Positions 38,871 through 48,209 of a stretch of 64,000 bases of DNA are shown piece after piece. The stretch's first letter is position 1. The number at the start of each line of letters is the position of its first letter. The position numbers and the translations under genes were made by a program. The notes under the pieces are model-generated. The model saw nothing but the letters and a program-made list of their open reading frames with translations, did no database searches and was not told where the DNA came from. Source of the stretch: Bacteriovoracia bacterium (GTDB lineage Bacteria > Bdellovibrionota > UBA1018 > CAIPTA01); NCBI GenBank assembly GCA_050246755.1, contig JBFWVL010000001.1, forward strand, positions 1,036,611-1,100,610. The letters are read 5' to 3'.

Positions 38871-40883
38871 TTAGCGCTTGTTGGCGCCGCTCTTTCGAGT
38901 TCCACGATAGCGTGCCAAGACCGTATAGCCCCCATCGGCCAAAATCGTTTTCGGCCACCCACAGCCCTTCGCGCACGCGGCCAAGGCAGAATCGGTGGAA
39001 GAATTCTGGCCGCTTTGGCTGAATGTCCAGCCAGAATCCCAGGGCCAATGCAGACCTTCCTTCTGACCGGCGCGCACACCTTCCAAGACCACGAACCGGC
39101 CAATTTTCACCGCTAACGTAATGGATTCGTTCCTCGCCGGGAATTTCAATTCATACCATCGCTTACTGCGTGGGTTGAGAGAAAGGGTTTCCTGGTAGCT
39201 ACCAGACTCGATGAGAATTTCTACTGGAGAGAAAGAGCGATTCTGCAATAGAAACGCCGTAATTGGCGAAGAGTTTTTTCCGGGAGTTAGGGCAACTAGC
39301 CCCTTCTCGAGAAGAAATGGCTGCACTGGGCTGGCAAAAGAATAGATTTCCTGTCTTCCCGGCATACGGAAAGGATCATCGGCTCCCAGCAAAGGCAAGA
39401 AAACCGCTTTCCGATCCACTAAGCCGTTGGCTAGAGCGTGATAAAGGCTTTCCTCTTCGGCGTAGACGATCGTTTCTCCCGGAGGAACCAGCTGCCTCAA
39501 AGCTTCGGCCTGGCCATCCTCCATGTAGAAATCCGGAAGACGCGTGATGGCCCTCTGCCAAAATAACAAGCTCTCCCAGTTCTCCACCGGCCCAAGTAGG
39601 CCGCGCTTCGCCACAATAAGCCGATCCACCAACAAACCGGCGAGCGCAATATAAGCCACGACCGCCAGCGCCGAAAAAGAGCGTGCTTTCCCCTTGCGAT
39701 AGCAAAAACGAATCAACGAAAATGCTCCTGCCGCCCAACAACCGCTAAGCAGCAAACCTAGAGGCAACAATAGACGAATCACCAATTCTCCCGGATAGCC
39801 GGGAAGAACATAAAAGAGGCCGAGACCCATTAGGCAAAGCAGCAGAGCTAAAATCACCGAATAGAATTCTCGTTTCGATCGTGTAAGCGAAATAAATCCG
39901 AGGCCAAGCAGAATAAAGACCGATGCAAATCCCCCACGTTGCTGCAAGAACCACTGCAGGACTGAACGTATCGATACGTCTACATTAAGTAGATCAAGGC
40001 CGAGGTGGGCGCCAAAACTACAGCCCACGCCCGGAGCCTTAAAAAGACCGGCGACTAGTTTTGCAAGAATTGCAATCCCGACCAAGACCGCTGCTGACCC
40101 CAGGCCCCTCCGGAGTTTTTTACGATTTTTGACCAACAATAAAGCGGCGGAGATTCCAGCAAGGGCGAATCCCAGTGGATGCATGAGCACCGAAAAGCCT
40201 GCGCACAAGCTTGCGGCTATAACTGCGTATTTTCCCTCGCGACGGCAAAACCACCAACTCATCACGGCTAGGGCTACGCATAGATTGGTAGGTACAATAT
40301 ACTGCCAGCCAGCTCCTGGATATTTGAGCGTAGTGAAAAATAACAAGAAGATTCCCGCGGCCCCTAAGCCGAAAATATCTCCGACGAGTAGGGTAAAGGC
40401 TAAGGCCAAAAACAAACCGCCGAAAATCACTAAGCATGCATAAGCAATTTCCCAGCTCCCTAATGCAAAACGAAAGCCATTGAGGGCGAGGGAGTGCAGC
40501 ACCGAATAGTTACAGAGAATCCGGCCAATATATCGATCTTGCAGAGCAGGAATAACCGGCGATCTTCGCGCTTGCTCAAGAACGGAAGCGTACGAAAGGC
40601 ATTTTGTGAGGGGCACGCAGTGAATAGCGGCATTCGCCTTGTGTATGTAGGCGTAGGCATCGTCTGGCTCCGTTAAAGAGTTCGTCATAAATACGGCAGG
40701 AAATAAATAGAACCCGTATACGGTTAGATGGAAAAGAACCGCTATGCCGAAGAATAGACAAATGGACCATGATTTGGATCCGGCGGGGGCGAATTTGAGC
40801 ATTTTTACCTCGGAAATTGGTTCGGGGCCGAAGGTAACGTGACTGCGGAGAACGCACAACCCGGGAGACCGAAACAAAGGCAC
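38871..40883 (-). CDS. Large membrane protein (N-terminal multi-TM domain + ~280 aa C-terminal soluble domain), unknown function; true start probably MLKFAPAG
   Basis: Hydropathy pattern only. Confidence 0.45.
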   Translation of the reverse strand: MPLFRSPGLCVLRSHVTFGPEPISEVKMLKFAPAGSKSWSICLFFGIAVLFHLTVYGFYLFPAVFMTNSLTEPDDAYAYIHKANAAIHCVPLTKCLSYASVLEQARRSPVIPALQDRYIGRILCNYSVLHSLALNGFRFALGSWEIAYACLVIFGGLFLALAFTLLVGDIFGLGAAGIFLLFFTTLKYPGAGWQYIVPTNLCVALAVMSWWFCRREGKYAVIAASLCAGFSVLMHPLGFALAGISAALLLVKNRKKLRRGLGSAAVLVGIAILAKLVAGLFKAPGVGCSFGAHLGLDLLNVDVSIRSVLQWFLQQRGGFASVFILLGLGFISLTRSKREFYSVILALLLCLMGLGLFYVLPGYPGELVIRLLLPLGLLLSGCWAAGAFSLIRFCYRKGKARSFSALAVVAYIALAGLLVDRLIVAKRGLLGPVENWESLLFWQRAITRLPDFYMEDGQAEALRQLVPPGETIVYAEEESLYHALANGLVDRKAVFLPLLGADDPFRMPGRQEIYSFASPVQPFLLEKGLVALTPGKNSSPITAFLLQNRSFSPVEILIESGSYQETLSLNPRSKRWYELKFPARNESITLAVKIGRFVVLEGVRAGQKEGLHWPWDSGWTFSQSGQNSSTDSALAACAKGCGWPKTILADGGYTVLARYRGTRKSGANKR

Positions 40884-40889
40884 GAATCA

Positions 40890-40926
40890 CGCTCCGCGCA
40901 ATAGTTCCTGAGTGCGTAGCGGAGCG
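40890..40926. promoter_or_regulatory. GC-rich hairpin (8-bp stem, 21-nt loop) in the divergent intergenic region upstream of the WbpB-like gene
   Basis: cgctccgc ... gcggagcg. Confidence 0.25.
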
Positions 40927-40988
40927 AGCCGTATTATAAAAGTTTTAGAACAGTTTTCGGCGAGCGCCCGAGTGGCGGAAAGGAATTT

Positions 40989-41942
40989 ATGAACTTCGCC
41001 ATCACCGGGGTAGCAGGTTACATTGCGCCGCGACATCTGAAGGCAATACGTGATGTGGGAGGCAATCTCATTGCGGCTCTCGATCCGCACGACGCCGTGG
41101 GAGTACTCGACCAGTACTTTCCCTCTGTTCGCTATTTTACGGAATTCGAGCGCTTTGATCGCGACCTCGAAAAGTTGCGCCGTCAAGGCGGCTCTTCGCG
41201 CATTCACTACCTAACGGTTTGCTCGCCCAATTATTTACACGATGCTCATATCCGCGCGGCCCTTCGAGTGGAAGCGGACGCTATTTGCGAAAAACCTCTG
41301 GTTCTCAACCCGTGGAATCTCGACGCTCTCGCCGAATTGGAAAAGGAATACGGCAAACGCGTTTACACGATCCTTCAGCTGCGCGTCCATCCTGCGATCC
41401 TCGCTATTCGCGAGCAGTACGGCAAAGACCGCGCTAAGCGCCACCAAATTAATCTTACTTATATAACCTCACGCGGGAACTGGTACCTCACCAGCTGGAA
41501 AGGAAATATCGAGCGATCGGGTGGCCTAGCCACCAATATCGGCGTGCATTTTTTCGACATGCTCCAGTGGATCTTCGGTAAGACCACGAGAAGCGAGGTT
41601 CATTTTTCTTCTCCCACCACCATGTCCGGATTTTTAGAGCTGGAAAACGCGGACGTGCATTGGTACCTCTCCATTGACTCGGAAAACTTGCCGAGCAACT
41701 GCAAGGAAAAAAACCAGCGCACCTTCCGTTCGATTACCATCGATGGCGCCGAAGTGGAGTTTTCCGACGGGTTCGCCGACCTGCACACCAACGTATACCG
41801 CGAGATTCTCGCGGGCAAAGGCCACGGGATCGAAGACGCACGCGCATCGATCGAACTGGTGCACCAAATCCGGGTAGCCAAAGCCAATCCTTCCTCTAAA
41901 AATCTGCACCCTTATTTTCGGGAAAAGCACGGGAAGCCTTGA
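40989..41942 (+). CDS. wbpB: UDP-N-acetyl-2-amino-2-deoxy-D-glucuronate 3-dehydrogenase (WbpB/WlbA-like, Gfo/Idh/MocA family)
   Basis: Near-colinear with P. aeruginosa WbpB: FAITGVAGYIAPRH, CSPNYLHDAHIRAALRVEADAICEKPLV, TYITSRGNWYLTSWKG, ATNIGVHFFDMLQWIFGK, FSDGFADLHT. Confidence 0.85.
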   Translation: MNFAITGVAGYIAPRHLKAIRDVGGNLIAALDPHDAVGVLDQYFPSVRYFTEFERFDRDLEKLRRQGGSSRIHYLTVCSPNYLHDAHIRAALRVEADAICEKPLVLNPWNLDALAELEKEYGKRVYTILQLRVHPAILAIREQYGKDRAKRHQINLTYITSRGNWYLTSWKGNIERSGGLATNIGVHFFDMLQWIFGKTTRSEVHFSSPTTMSGFLELENADVHWYLSIDSENLPSNCKEKNQRTFRSITIDGAEVEFSDGFADLHTNVYREILAGKGHGIEDARASIELVHQIRVAKANPSSKNLHPYFREKHGKP

Positions 41943-41957
41943 AAGCAAAATTTCACG

Positions 41958-42806
41958 ATGATCACCTCTACTAGCTCTCCCCCACCCATTACTAGGATGG
42001 TAATCTTAACCGCAGATGACTCCACCTGGATGCTGCCGGCTTGGGCGGAGGCGATGAATTTTTTAGCCAAGGACTTTTCGGTCGTCGGCATATGGGTATT
42101 ACCAAACCACTTAGGAAAACTTCGCGGTAAGGCTATTTTTAGCTGGTATCTATCTACGTTCGGACTGAAAAATATGCTTTTGCTCGGCATGTTTGCCGGG
42201 CTCGCAAAAATTAGAAACGTTCTCCGCAGACAGAATTCATGGCGTTCCATAGCAGACCGCCACGGAACCGAATTACACTTTACGGCGAACCCCAACACTC
42301 GCGAACTGATTGACTGGATCAAAAACAAAGAAATCGATATCGGACTCACGAGCGTAGGAAACTATTTGAAAGAACCGCTTTTGCAATCCGTGAAAATTGG
42401 TTTTATCAATAAGCATGCCGCGGTATTGCCCCAAGCCAAGGGAATCTTTCCCTATATCTGGTCAGTCTTAGAAAGCGTACCTCTCGGTGTCACTTATCAT
42501 AAAATGGTTCCGGAAGTAGATGCTGGCCCGTACCTACTCCAATGGGAAAGGGACGGTTCTTGCTCTACCCCAAGCATGCTAAGGTTCTATTTTGAGGTTT
42601 TCGCCCGTTTTCCCGCTGAAATTGCGGAGGCGGCCAAAAGGCTCCGCGAAGGAAAGTTCCTGTCTAACCCGAATACCCAGATGAAAGGTACTTACTTCTC
42701 GTTTCCTGAGCGTAAACATATTATTTCCTTAGAAAAGATGGGTGGTAGGATTGCGAAAGGAAGGGATATTTTCTACATCCTGTACATATGGCTTTTGCGG
42801 CAATAA
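41958..42806 (+). CDS. Formyltransferase-domain protein (Fmt/ArnA N-domain-like sugar N-formyltransferase candidate)
   Basis: NKHAAVLPQAKGIFPYIWSVLESVPLGVTYHKMVPEVDAGPYLL aligns with ArnA [44 protein letters not shown]. Confidence 0.6.
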   Translation: MITSTSSPPPITRMVILTADDSTWMLPAWAEAMNFLAKDFSVVGIWVLPNHLGKLRGKAIFSWYLSTFGLKNMLLLGMFAGLAKIRNVLRRQNSWRSIADRHGTELHFTANPNTRELIDWIKNKEIDIGLTSVGNYLKEPLLQSVKIGFINKHAAVLPQAKGIFPYIWSVLESVPLGVTYHKMVPEVDAGPYLLQWERDGSCSTPSMLRFYFEVFARFPAEIAEAAKRLREGKFLSNPNTQMKGTYFSFPERKHIISLEKMGGRIAKGRDIFYILYIWLLRQ

Positions 42807-43738
42807 ATATCAATTTTGATTCTCTTGGCGAGATGTTCGGCTTTCCCGAAGGCTTCCGCGATCCATGTTTTTTTCAAGTGGCCGATCGTTTTTTTAAAAT
42901 CGCCGATAAGTATAACTTTCGCTACAGCATTTACGTGATCGGGAAAGATCTCGAAAACCCGATCAATCAAGAAGCCGTAAGAAGCTGGCAGGCAAAGGGT
43001 CACGAGATAGGTAGCCACTCCTTCAGTCACCGCAATGATCTTGGTGCACTTTCCCCTCGGGAAATTAGGGAAGAAGTATCTCGCGCGCACGAGATACTTA
43101 CGAAAACTCTTGGACAACCAGTAAGGGGATTTATTGCTCCCGGCTGGTCTGCTTCTTCTGAGCTTCATTCCGCCTTGCTAGAACTGGATTACGAGTATGA
43201 TACTTCTTCATTTCCATCTTGGCTGATGTTCCCTGCGCTCGCAAAATTGAGCATGAATTATCGTGGCGACCACCGCGCTAGCCGTTTTTGGCGACGAAAA
43301 GACTTTCATTATCATTTGGCGGGATCTCGGAAGCCCTATACTTCTATGGGAAAATTGTTCGGTAGCCTACCGACCGGAAAAAAAGAACTTTTGATTTTAC
43401 CGCTTCCCACGAACCACTTTCGCTTTGCTTGCTGGCATACGATTGGATTTATGTTTGGTTGGAAATTTCATAAAAAATTACTACAGCAGTGCTTAAAGCA
43501 AAACGACCTCTTTTATTACCTCACCCATCCGGCTGACCTTCTCGACCGCGCTGATATTCCTGAAGGGCTGGGCAGTCGTTTCGAACGAATGGAAATGCCA
43601 CTTGAGGAAAAAATTCAGCGCTTTGAAGACTGTATCGAGCAAATTATTAGATCAGGAAAAAAAATCGTCACGATGGGTCAGCTGGCAGATATTGCCCGGC
43701 GGCGAATTTACGAAAATAGGAAAATCCATGTCGGCTAA
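42788..43738 (+). CDS. NodB-homology polysaccharide deacetylase / deformylase (ArnD/LgmC-like candidate)
   Basis: HSFSH motif 2, FIAPGW motif 3 region. Confidence 0.7.
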   Translation: MAFAAININFDSLGEMFGFPEGFRDPCFFQVADRFFKIADKYNFRYSIYVIGKDLENPINQEAVRSWQAKGHEIGSHSFSHRNDLGALSPREIREEVSRAHEILTKTLGQPVRGFIAPGWSASSELHSALLELDYEYDTSSFPSWLMFPALAKLSMNYRGDHRASRFWRRKDFHYHLAGSRKPYTSMGKLFGSLPTGKKELLILPLPTNHFRFACWHTIGFMFGWKFHKKLLQQCLKQNDLFYYLTHPADLLDRADIPEGLGSRFERMEMPLEEKIQRFEDCIEQIIRSGKKIVTMGQLADIARRRIYENRKIHVG

Positions 43739-44312
43739 TGAAACATTCATTCACGATTCAGCTTACGTAGACGAAGGCGCCGAAATCGGCGCCGGCACTA
43801 AAATCTGGCACTACTCTCATATCTCCGCGCCCGCAAAGGTGGGGAAAAACTGCGTATTCGGCCAAAATGTTTTTGTGGCCCGTAATGTTTCGATCGGCAA
43901 TCACGTGAAGATTCAGAACAATGTATCGGTCTACGAAGGCGTTATTCTCGAAGACTACGTGTTCTGCGGCCCTAGCTGCGTATTTACCAACGTGAAAACT
44001 CCGCGATGCGAGTTTCCCCGGAATACTTCCAAAGACTACGCCGAAACGCGCGTGAAACGCGGGGCCAGCATCGGGGCGAACGCCACGATCGTTTGCGGCA
44101 TCACCCTGAACGAAAATGCTTTCGTGGCCGCCGGCGCGGTGGTTACCAAGGATGTTCCCGCTTTCGCGATGGTCGCCGGCGTGCCCGCTAAGATCGTAGG
44201 GTGGATGAGCGCTTACGGCGACGTCCTCCATTTCGACGAAAAAGGCGAGGCGATCGATTCGATCGGCGCCCGCTATCGCAAACAAGGCGAGTCCGTGGAG
44301 AAGCTGGGATGA
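43728..44312 (+). CDS. wbpD: Left-handed beta-helix N-acetyltransferase, WbpD/WlbB-like (UDP-GlcNAc3NA 3-N-acetyltransferase). The start is set at an internal ATG 11 nt before the upstream stop; the track ORF 43602 is an upstream extension
   Basis: IWHYSHISAPAKVG...IQNNVSVYEGV...CGPSCVFTNV...GANATIVCGITL...AFVAAGAVV...VPAKIVGWMS matches WbpD along its length. Confidence 0.8.
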   Translation: MSANETFIHDSAYVDEGAEIGAGTKIWHYSHISAPAKVGKNCVFGQNVFVARNVSIGNHVKIQNNVSVYEGVILEDYVFCGPSCVFTNVKTPRCEFPRNTSKDYAETRVKRGASIGANATIVCGITLNENAFVAAGAVVTKDVPAFAMVAGVPAKIVGWMSAYGDVLHFDEKGEAIDSIGARYRKQGESVEKLG

Positions 44313-45415
44313 AGCAAATCCCCATCCTAGATCTCGGCCCTCAGTATTTCCGTCTCAAGCCGCAAATAGACCGCGCCATCGCGTCCGTGATGGAAAGCGG
44401 CAATTTCATCATGGGTAAAGAAGTAGAGCTCTTCGAAAATGAGGTGGCTAAGTATAGCGGCGTGAAATACGCCGTGGGCCTAAATTCGGGAACCGATGCG
44501 CTCGTGATCGGCTTACGCGCCCTCGGTATCGGCGCCGGCGACGAAGTAATTACTTCAAGCTTCAGTTTTTTCGCTACAGCGGAGGCGATTAGCTTGCTCG
44601 GCGCGAAACCCGTATTCGTGGACATTGATCCCGGAACGTTCAATCTAAATCCGGAACTGCTACCCGAGGCCTTAACAAAAAAAACCAAGGCGATTATTCC
44701 GGTTCATCTCTTTGGGCTAGGCTGCCAAATGGGCCCGATTTTAGAATTCGCGCAAAAGCATAGTTTAAAAGTTTTAGAAGACTGCGCTCAGAGCTTCGGC
44801 GGTCACGAAACAACGAGTGGGAATTTTCTCGGCTCTTTGGGACATGCCGGCGCCCTTTCTTTCTTTCCCTCGAAAAATCTCGGCGCCGCCGGGGATGCAG
44901 GCATGCTGCTCACTAACGATTCGGCAGTGGCGGAACAGTCCCGTGCGCTGCGAACCCATGGCGGCAAGAAAAAATATTTCAATGAAACCGTGGGCTATAA
45001 TTCTCGCCTCGATACGATCCAAGCCGCGATCCTGCGGGTAAAGCTTCCGCACCTGGATTCTTGGAACAAGGAGCGCTTTGCGGTAGCACAGAGTTACCAT
45101 GAGCTGCTTTCTGGTATTCCGGGCCTCGCCTTGCCGGGATTGGTTTCCGGCCACGCTTTCCACCAATTTACCGTACGCTTGTCCCACGTAAATCGCGATG
45201 CGGTGCAAACCAAGCTCGCCGCGAAGGGTATTGCCACGATGATTTATTATCCCGTGCCGATTCACCGCCTACCCGTTTACGCCGGCCAATACGCGCCCCT
45301 TCCCGAGTGCGAGAAAGCGGCGGCGGAAGTGCTAAGTTTGCCAATAGGCCCGGGAATGCCAGATTCCAATTTGGAAACCGTTGCTACAGAATTACGGAGC
45401 CTGCTCACCCAATGA
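44309..45415 (+). CDS. wbpE: DegT-family aminotransferase, WbpE/WlbC-like (UDP-2-acetamido-2-deoxy-3-oxo-glucuronate aminotransferase). The start is an ATGA overlap with the wbpD stop
   Basis: MKQIPILDLGPQY, SFFPSKNLGAAGDAGML. Confidence 0.85.
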   Translation: MKQIPILDLGPQYFRLKPQIDRAIASVMESGNFIMGKEVELFENEVAKYSGVKYAVGLNSGTDALVIGLRALGIGAGDEVITSSFSFFATAEAISLLGAKPVFVDIDPGTFNLNPELLPEALTKKTKAIIPVHLFGLGCQMGPILEFAQKHSLKVLEDCAQSFGGHETTSGNFLGSLGHAGALSFFPSKNLGAAGDAGMLLTNDSAVAEQSRALRTHGGKKKYFNETVGYNSRLDTIQAAILRVKLPHLDSWNKERFAVAQSYHELLSGIPGLALPGLVSGHAFHQFTVRLSHVNRDAVQTKLAAKGIATMIYYPVPIHRLPVYAGQYAPLPECEKAAAEVLSLPIGPGMPDSNLETVATELRSLLTQ

Positions 45416-46467
45416 AAATAGTTACGGTTCTCGGCGCCAGACCCCAGTTCATTAAGGCCGCTCCCGTGTGCCACGCCCTCAAGAGGGGCGGGCATGAAGA
45501 AATTCTCGTTCATACCGGCCAGCATTACGACGCCAACATGTCGGATGTCTTTTTCGACGAGCTGAATATCCCTAAACCAGCCGTGAATCTGCAGGTGGGA
45601 TCGGGCACGCACGGAAAGCAGACGGGCGAAATGCTCGCCAAGATTGAAGAGGTTTTAACCCAGCATAAACCCGATCATTTGCTTGTATATGGAGACACGA
45701 ATTCCACCCTCGCCGGCGCCCTCGCCGCTTGCAAGCTAGGGATCCCCATCGCCCACGTAGAGGCCGGGTTACGCTCCTTTAATCGCTCCATGCCGGAGGA
45801 GCATAACCGCGTGCTTACCGATCATTGCTCGGAACTTCTGTTCTGCCCTACCGAAACGGCCGTGAAGCACCTCAAAAATGAAGGCATTCAAAAGGGCGTG
45901 CATAAAGTGGGCGATACGATGCTCGATGCAGTTTTGCAGTTCAGGCAGATCGCCGCCAAGAAAAGCCGCGCCATGCATACCCTTTCCCTTCAGCCCAAAG
46001 AATTTTACCTCGCTACGATTCATCGTCCTTACAATACGGATGACCCGAAAGCATTAAAAGCCGCTCTCGAAGCCCTAAGCGCTCTAGGGAAAGCGGTCGT
46101 TTTTCCGTTACACCCCCGCACCAGGCCGAAAATAGCTGGGATCAAGATTGGATCGAACGTGAAACTTTGCGACCCCCTGGGTTATCTCGACATGCTTTTA
46201 CTCCAGGAAAATGCGCGAATCGTGCTCACCGATTCTGGAGGAGTGCAAAAAGAAGCCTTTTTTCTAAAGACGCCCTGCGTTACCTTGCGTACCGAAACGG
46301 AATGGGTCGAAACCGTCGAGACAGGATGGAATATAGTCGTGGGCACCGATCCCTCCGGTGTAGTAAAAGCGGTGAAAGCCTTCGAGAATAATACCCCTCA
46401 GCCCCCAGCCAATTTTTTCGGTTCGGGCGATGCGGCCGACCGGATCGTGAAGATCCTGGGCGCCTAA
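45412..46467 (+). CDS. wbpI: Non-hydrolysing UDP-GlcNAc-type 2-epimerase, WbpI/WlbD-like (start ATGA-overlapped with the upstream stop)
   Basis: MKIVTVLGARPQFIKAAPV...HTGQHYD...YGDTNSTLAGALAA. Confidence 0.85.
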   Translation: MKIVTVLGARPQFIKAAPVCHALKRGGHEEILVHTGQHYDANMSDVFFDELNIPKPAVNLQVGSGTHGKQTGEMLAKIEEVLTQHKPDHLLVYGDTNSTLAGALAACKLGIPIAHVEAGLRSFNRSMPEEHNRVLTDHCSELLFCPTETAVKHLKNEGIQKGVHKVGDTMLDAVLQFRQIAAKKSRAMHTLSLQPKEFYLATIHRPYNTDDPKALKAALEALSALGKAVVFPLHPRTRPKIAGIKIGSNVKLCDPLGYLDMLLLQENARIVLTDSGGVQKEAFFLKTPCVTLRTETEWVETVETGWNIVVGTDPSGVVKAVKAFENNTPQPPANFFGSGDAADRIVKILGA

Positions 46468-46476
46468 GGAGAACAT

Positions 46477-47457
46477 ATGAAGAAGAAAACCATCCTCATC
46501 ACCGGCGTAGCCGGCATGATTGGCTCCCACTTACTCGACCAGCTGATGGAACGTAACTACGAGGTAATCGGAGTGGACGACCTTAGCTACGGAAAAATGG
46601 AAAACATCCAGCACCATATGGGTAAGCCGAATTTCCGTTTCTACCGCGTGGATGTTTTAGATTTTGAGACGCTGAAAATTCTCGGCCGAGACGTGGCCAC
46701 CATCGCGCATCTCGCGGCGGTGAAGAAAATTTCCGAATCCGAACCCGCCATGCCCACGCTCAGCGTGAACGTTAAGGGTACGGAAAACGTGCTCGAAGTA
46801 GCCAAGATGTGGGGTTGTAAGGTGGTGTTCGCCTCTACCTCCGACGTGTACGGAATGTCTCCCGATCTCCCCTACCGAGAAGATGGAGACCTTCTTCTCG
46901 GCCCCAGCATGATTAAGCGCTGGAGCTATGCCGTATCCAAACTCTACGGCGAGCAAATGGCTTTCGCTTACTACAAAGACTACGGAGTACCGATCGTTTG
47001 CATTCGTTACTTCGGAGGCTTTAGCCCACGCTCGAGTTTCAAATGGAGCGGCGGACACGTACCGATCTTTATCAATAGCATCTTAAACGACGAAGAAATT
47101 ATTGTGCACGGAGATGGCGAACAAACCCGCTCAATGGGATTCGTGACCGACCTAGTGGAGGGAACCGTGCTTGCTATCGAGAGTGAAAAAGCGGTAGGTG
47201 AAATCATTAATCTCGGAAATACCGAAGAAATTAGCGTAATCGATACGGCTAAAATGATTCACCGCCTGGCCAAAACCGGCAAAGAGCTGAAAGTGAAATT
47301 CGTTCCGATGAAGGAGGTTTTCGGCCAATATAAGGACATTATGCGCCGCCAGCCCGACCTCACCAAAGCCCGTACGCTGCTAGGCTACGAACCCAAAGTA
47401 AGCCTTGAGGAAGGCATTCGCCAAACTCTCGCCGAAGTACGTAAGCGGAACGGCTAG
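46477..47457 (+). CDS. Extended SDR resembling the ArnA C-terminal UDP-glucuronate decarboxylase domain / UXS family
   Basis: VFASTSDVYGM, GPSMIKRWSYAVSKLYGEQ, GEIINLGNTEE parallel ArnA STSEVYGM / KPRWIYSVSKQL / GEIINIGNPENE. Confidence 0.75.
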   Translation: MKKKTILITGVAGMIGSHLLDQLMERNYEVIGVDDLSYGKMENIQHHMGKPNFRFYRVDVLDFETLKILGRDVATIAHLAAVKKISESEPAMPTLSVNVKGTENVLEVAKMWGCKVVFASTSDVYGMSPDLPYREDGDLLLGPSMIKRWSYAVSKLYGEQMAFAYYKDYGVPIVCIRYFGGFSPRSSFKWSGGHVPIFINSILNDEEIIVHGDGEQTRSMGFVTDLVEGTVLAIESEKAVGEIINLGNTEEISVIDTAKMIHRLAKTGKELKVKFVPMKEVFGQYKDIMRRQPDLTKARTLLGYEPKVSLEEGIRQTLAEVRKRNG

Positions 47458-48209
47458 TGGCTAAGGCTTTCGTTATCGCGCCCGTACTTAACGAGGCCGA
47501 GAACCTCCCTACTCTCACGCGTAGCTGGAAAGAGCTCTCCCTTGCGTTTCCAAGCTGGAAATTCGAGTTCGTTTTAATAGACGACGGCTCTTCCGACGGC
47601 ACGAAAGCCAGCGCCGAAAAAATGGCAGCCTCGCTTGGGCTAAACTGTCGCGTTATCCGTCATGAACAGAACCAAGGCCCCGGCGCGGCCTTCGCCTCCG
47701 GTTTTACCTATGTGGCCGAAATTTTACGGCCCGAAGATACCGTGATTACAATGGAAGGAGATAATACCTCTCGTATTGCGACGTTAAAAATTATGCTCGA
47801 TCGTATGGAACGGGAAAACGTGGAAGTAGCCCTCGCTTCTCCCTATGCCTACGGCGGTGGGATCATCAATACTTCGCTCTACCGCATGATTCTCAGCCAT
47901 TTTGCAAATGGCATGGTGAAAAGCTTCCTCGACATTCACGGTATCCATACCATGAGTTCTTTTTTCCGAGCCTATCGCGGTTCCGTTATCCTCGGGCTGC
48001 AAAAAAAATGGGGCCCCAGGATTTTGGAGCGCAATGGTTTTGAATGCATGATTGAGCTCCTCAAAAAAATGATCCTCGCCGGCGCCACGATCACCGAAGT
48101 TCCCATGCGCCTCGATACTTCTTTGCGTAAAGGGAAAAGCAAAATGAAGGTAATGCGCACCATCCGGGGCTATTTTGCCGTAATCTGGATCTCCCGGGCC
48201 TGGAAATGA
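47457..48209 (+). CDS. GT2 polyprenyl-phosphate sugar transferase (ArnC/Dpm1-like); GTG start overlapping the upstream stop
   Basis: FVLIDDGSSDGT, GT2 fold, short hydrophobic C-terminus. Confidence 0.7.
   Translation: MAKAFVIAPVLNEAENLPTLTRSWKELSLAFPSWKFEFVLIDDGSSDGTKASAEKMAASLGLNCRVIRHEQNQGPGAAFASGFTYVAEILRPEDTVITMEGDNTSRIATLKIMLDRMERENVEVALASPYAYGGGIINTSLYRMILSHFANGMVKSFLDIHGIHTMSSFFRAYRGSVILGLQKKWGPRILERNGFECMIELLKKMILAGATITEVPMRLDTSLRKGKSKMKVMRTIRGYFAVIWISRAWK

Noticed and set aside
40884-40988. RfaH-dependent ops / JUMPstart element (GGCGGTAG) in leaders of the glycan operons
   Set aside because: I looked in the main divergent leaders (34704-34813, 40884-40988, 54523-54682, 58708-58847) and did not find the GGCGGTAG core. 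There is no evidence for an ops site.
43602-45415. Track ORF starts at 43602, 44201 and 45307 (long N-terminal extensions)
   Set aside because: The extensions read through the 3' ends of the preceding genes in another frame and encode Arg-rich junk. Internal ATGs at 43728, 44309 and 45412 give canonical N-termini (MSANETFIHDSAYV, MKQIPILDLGPQY, MKIVTVLGARPQFIK) and ATGA-type coupling.
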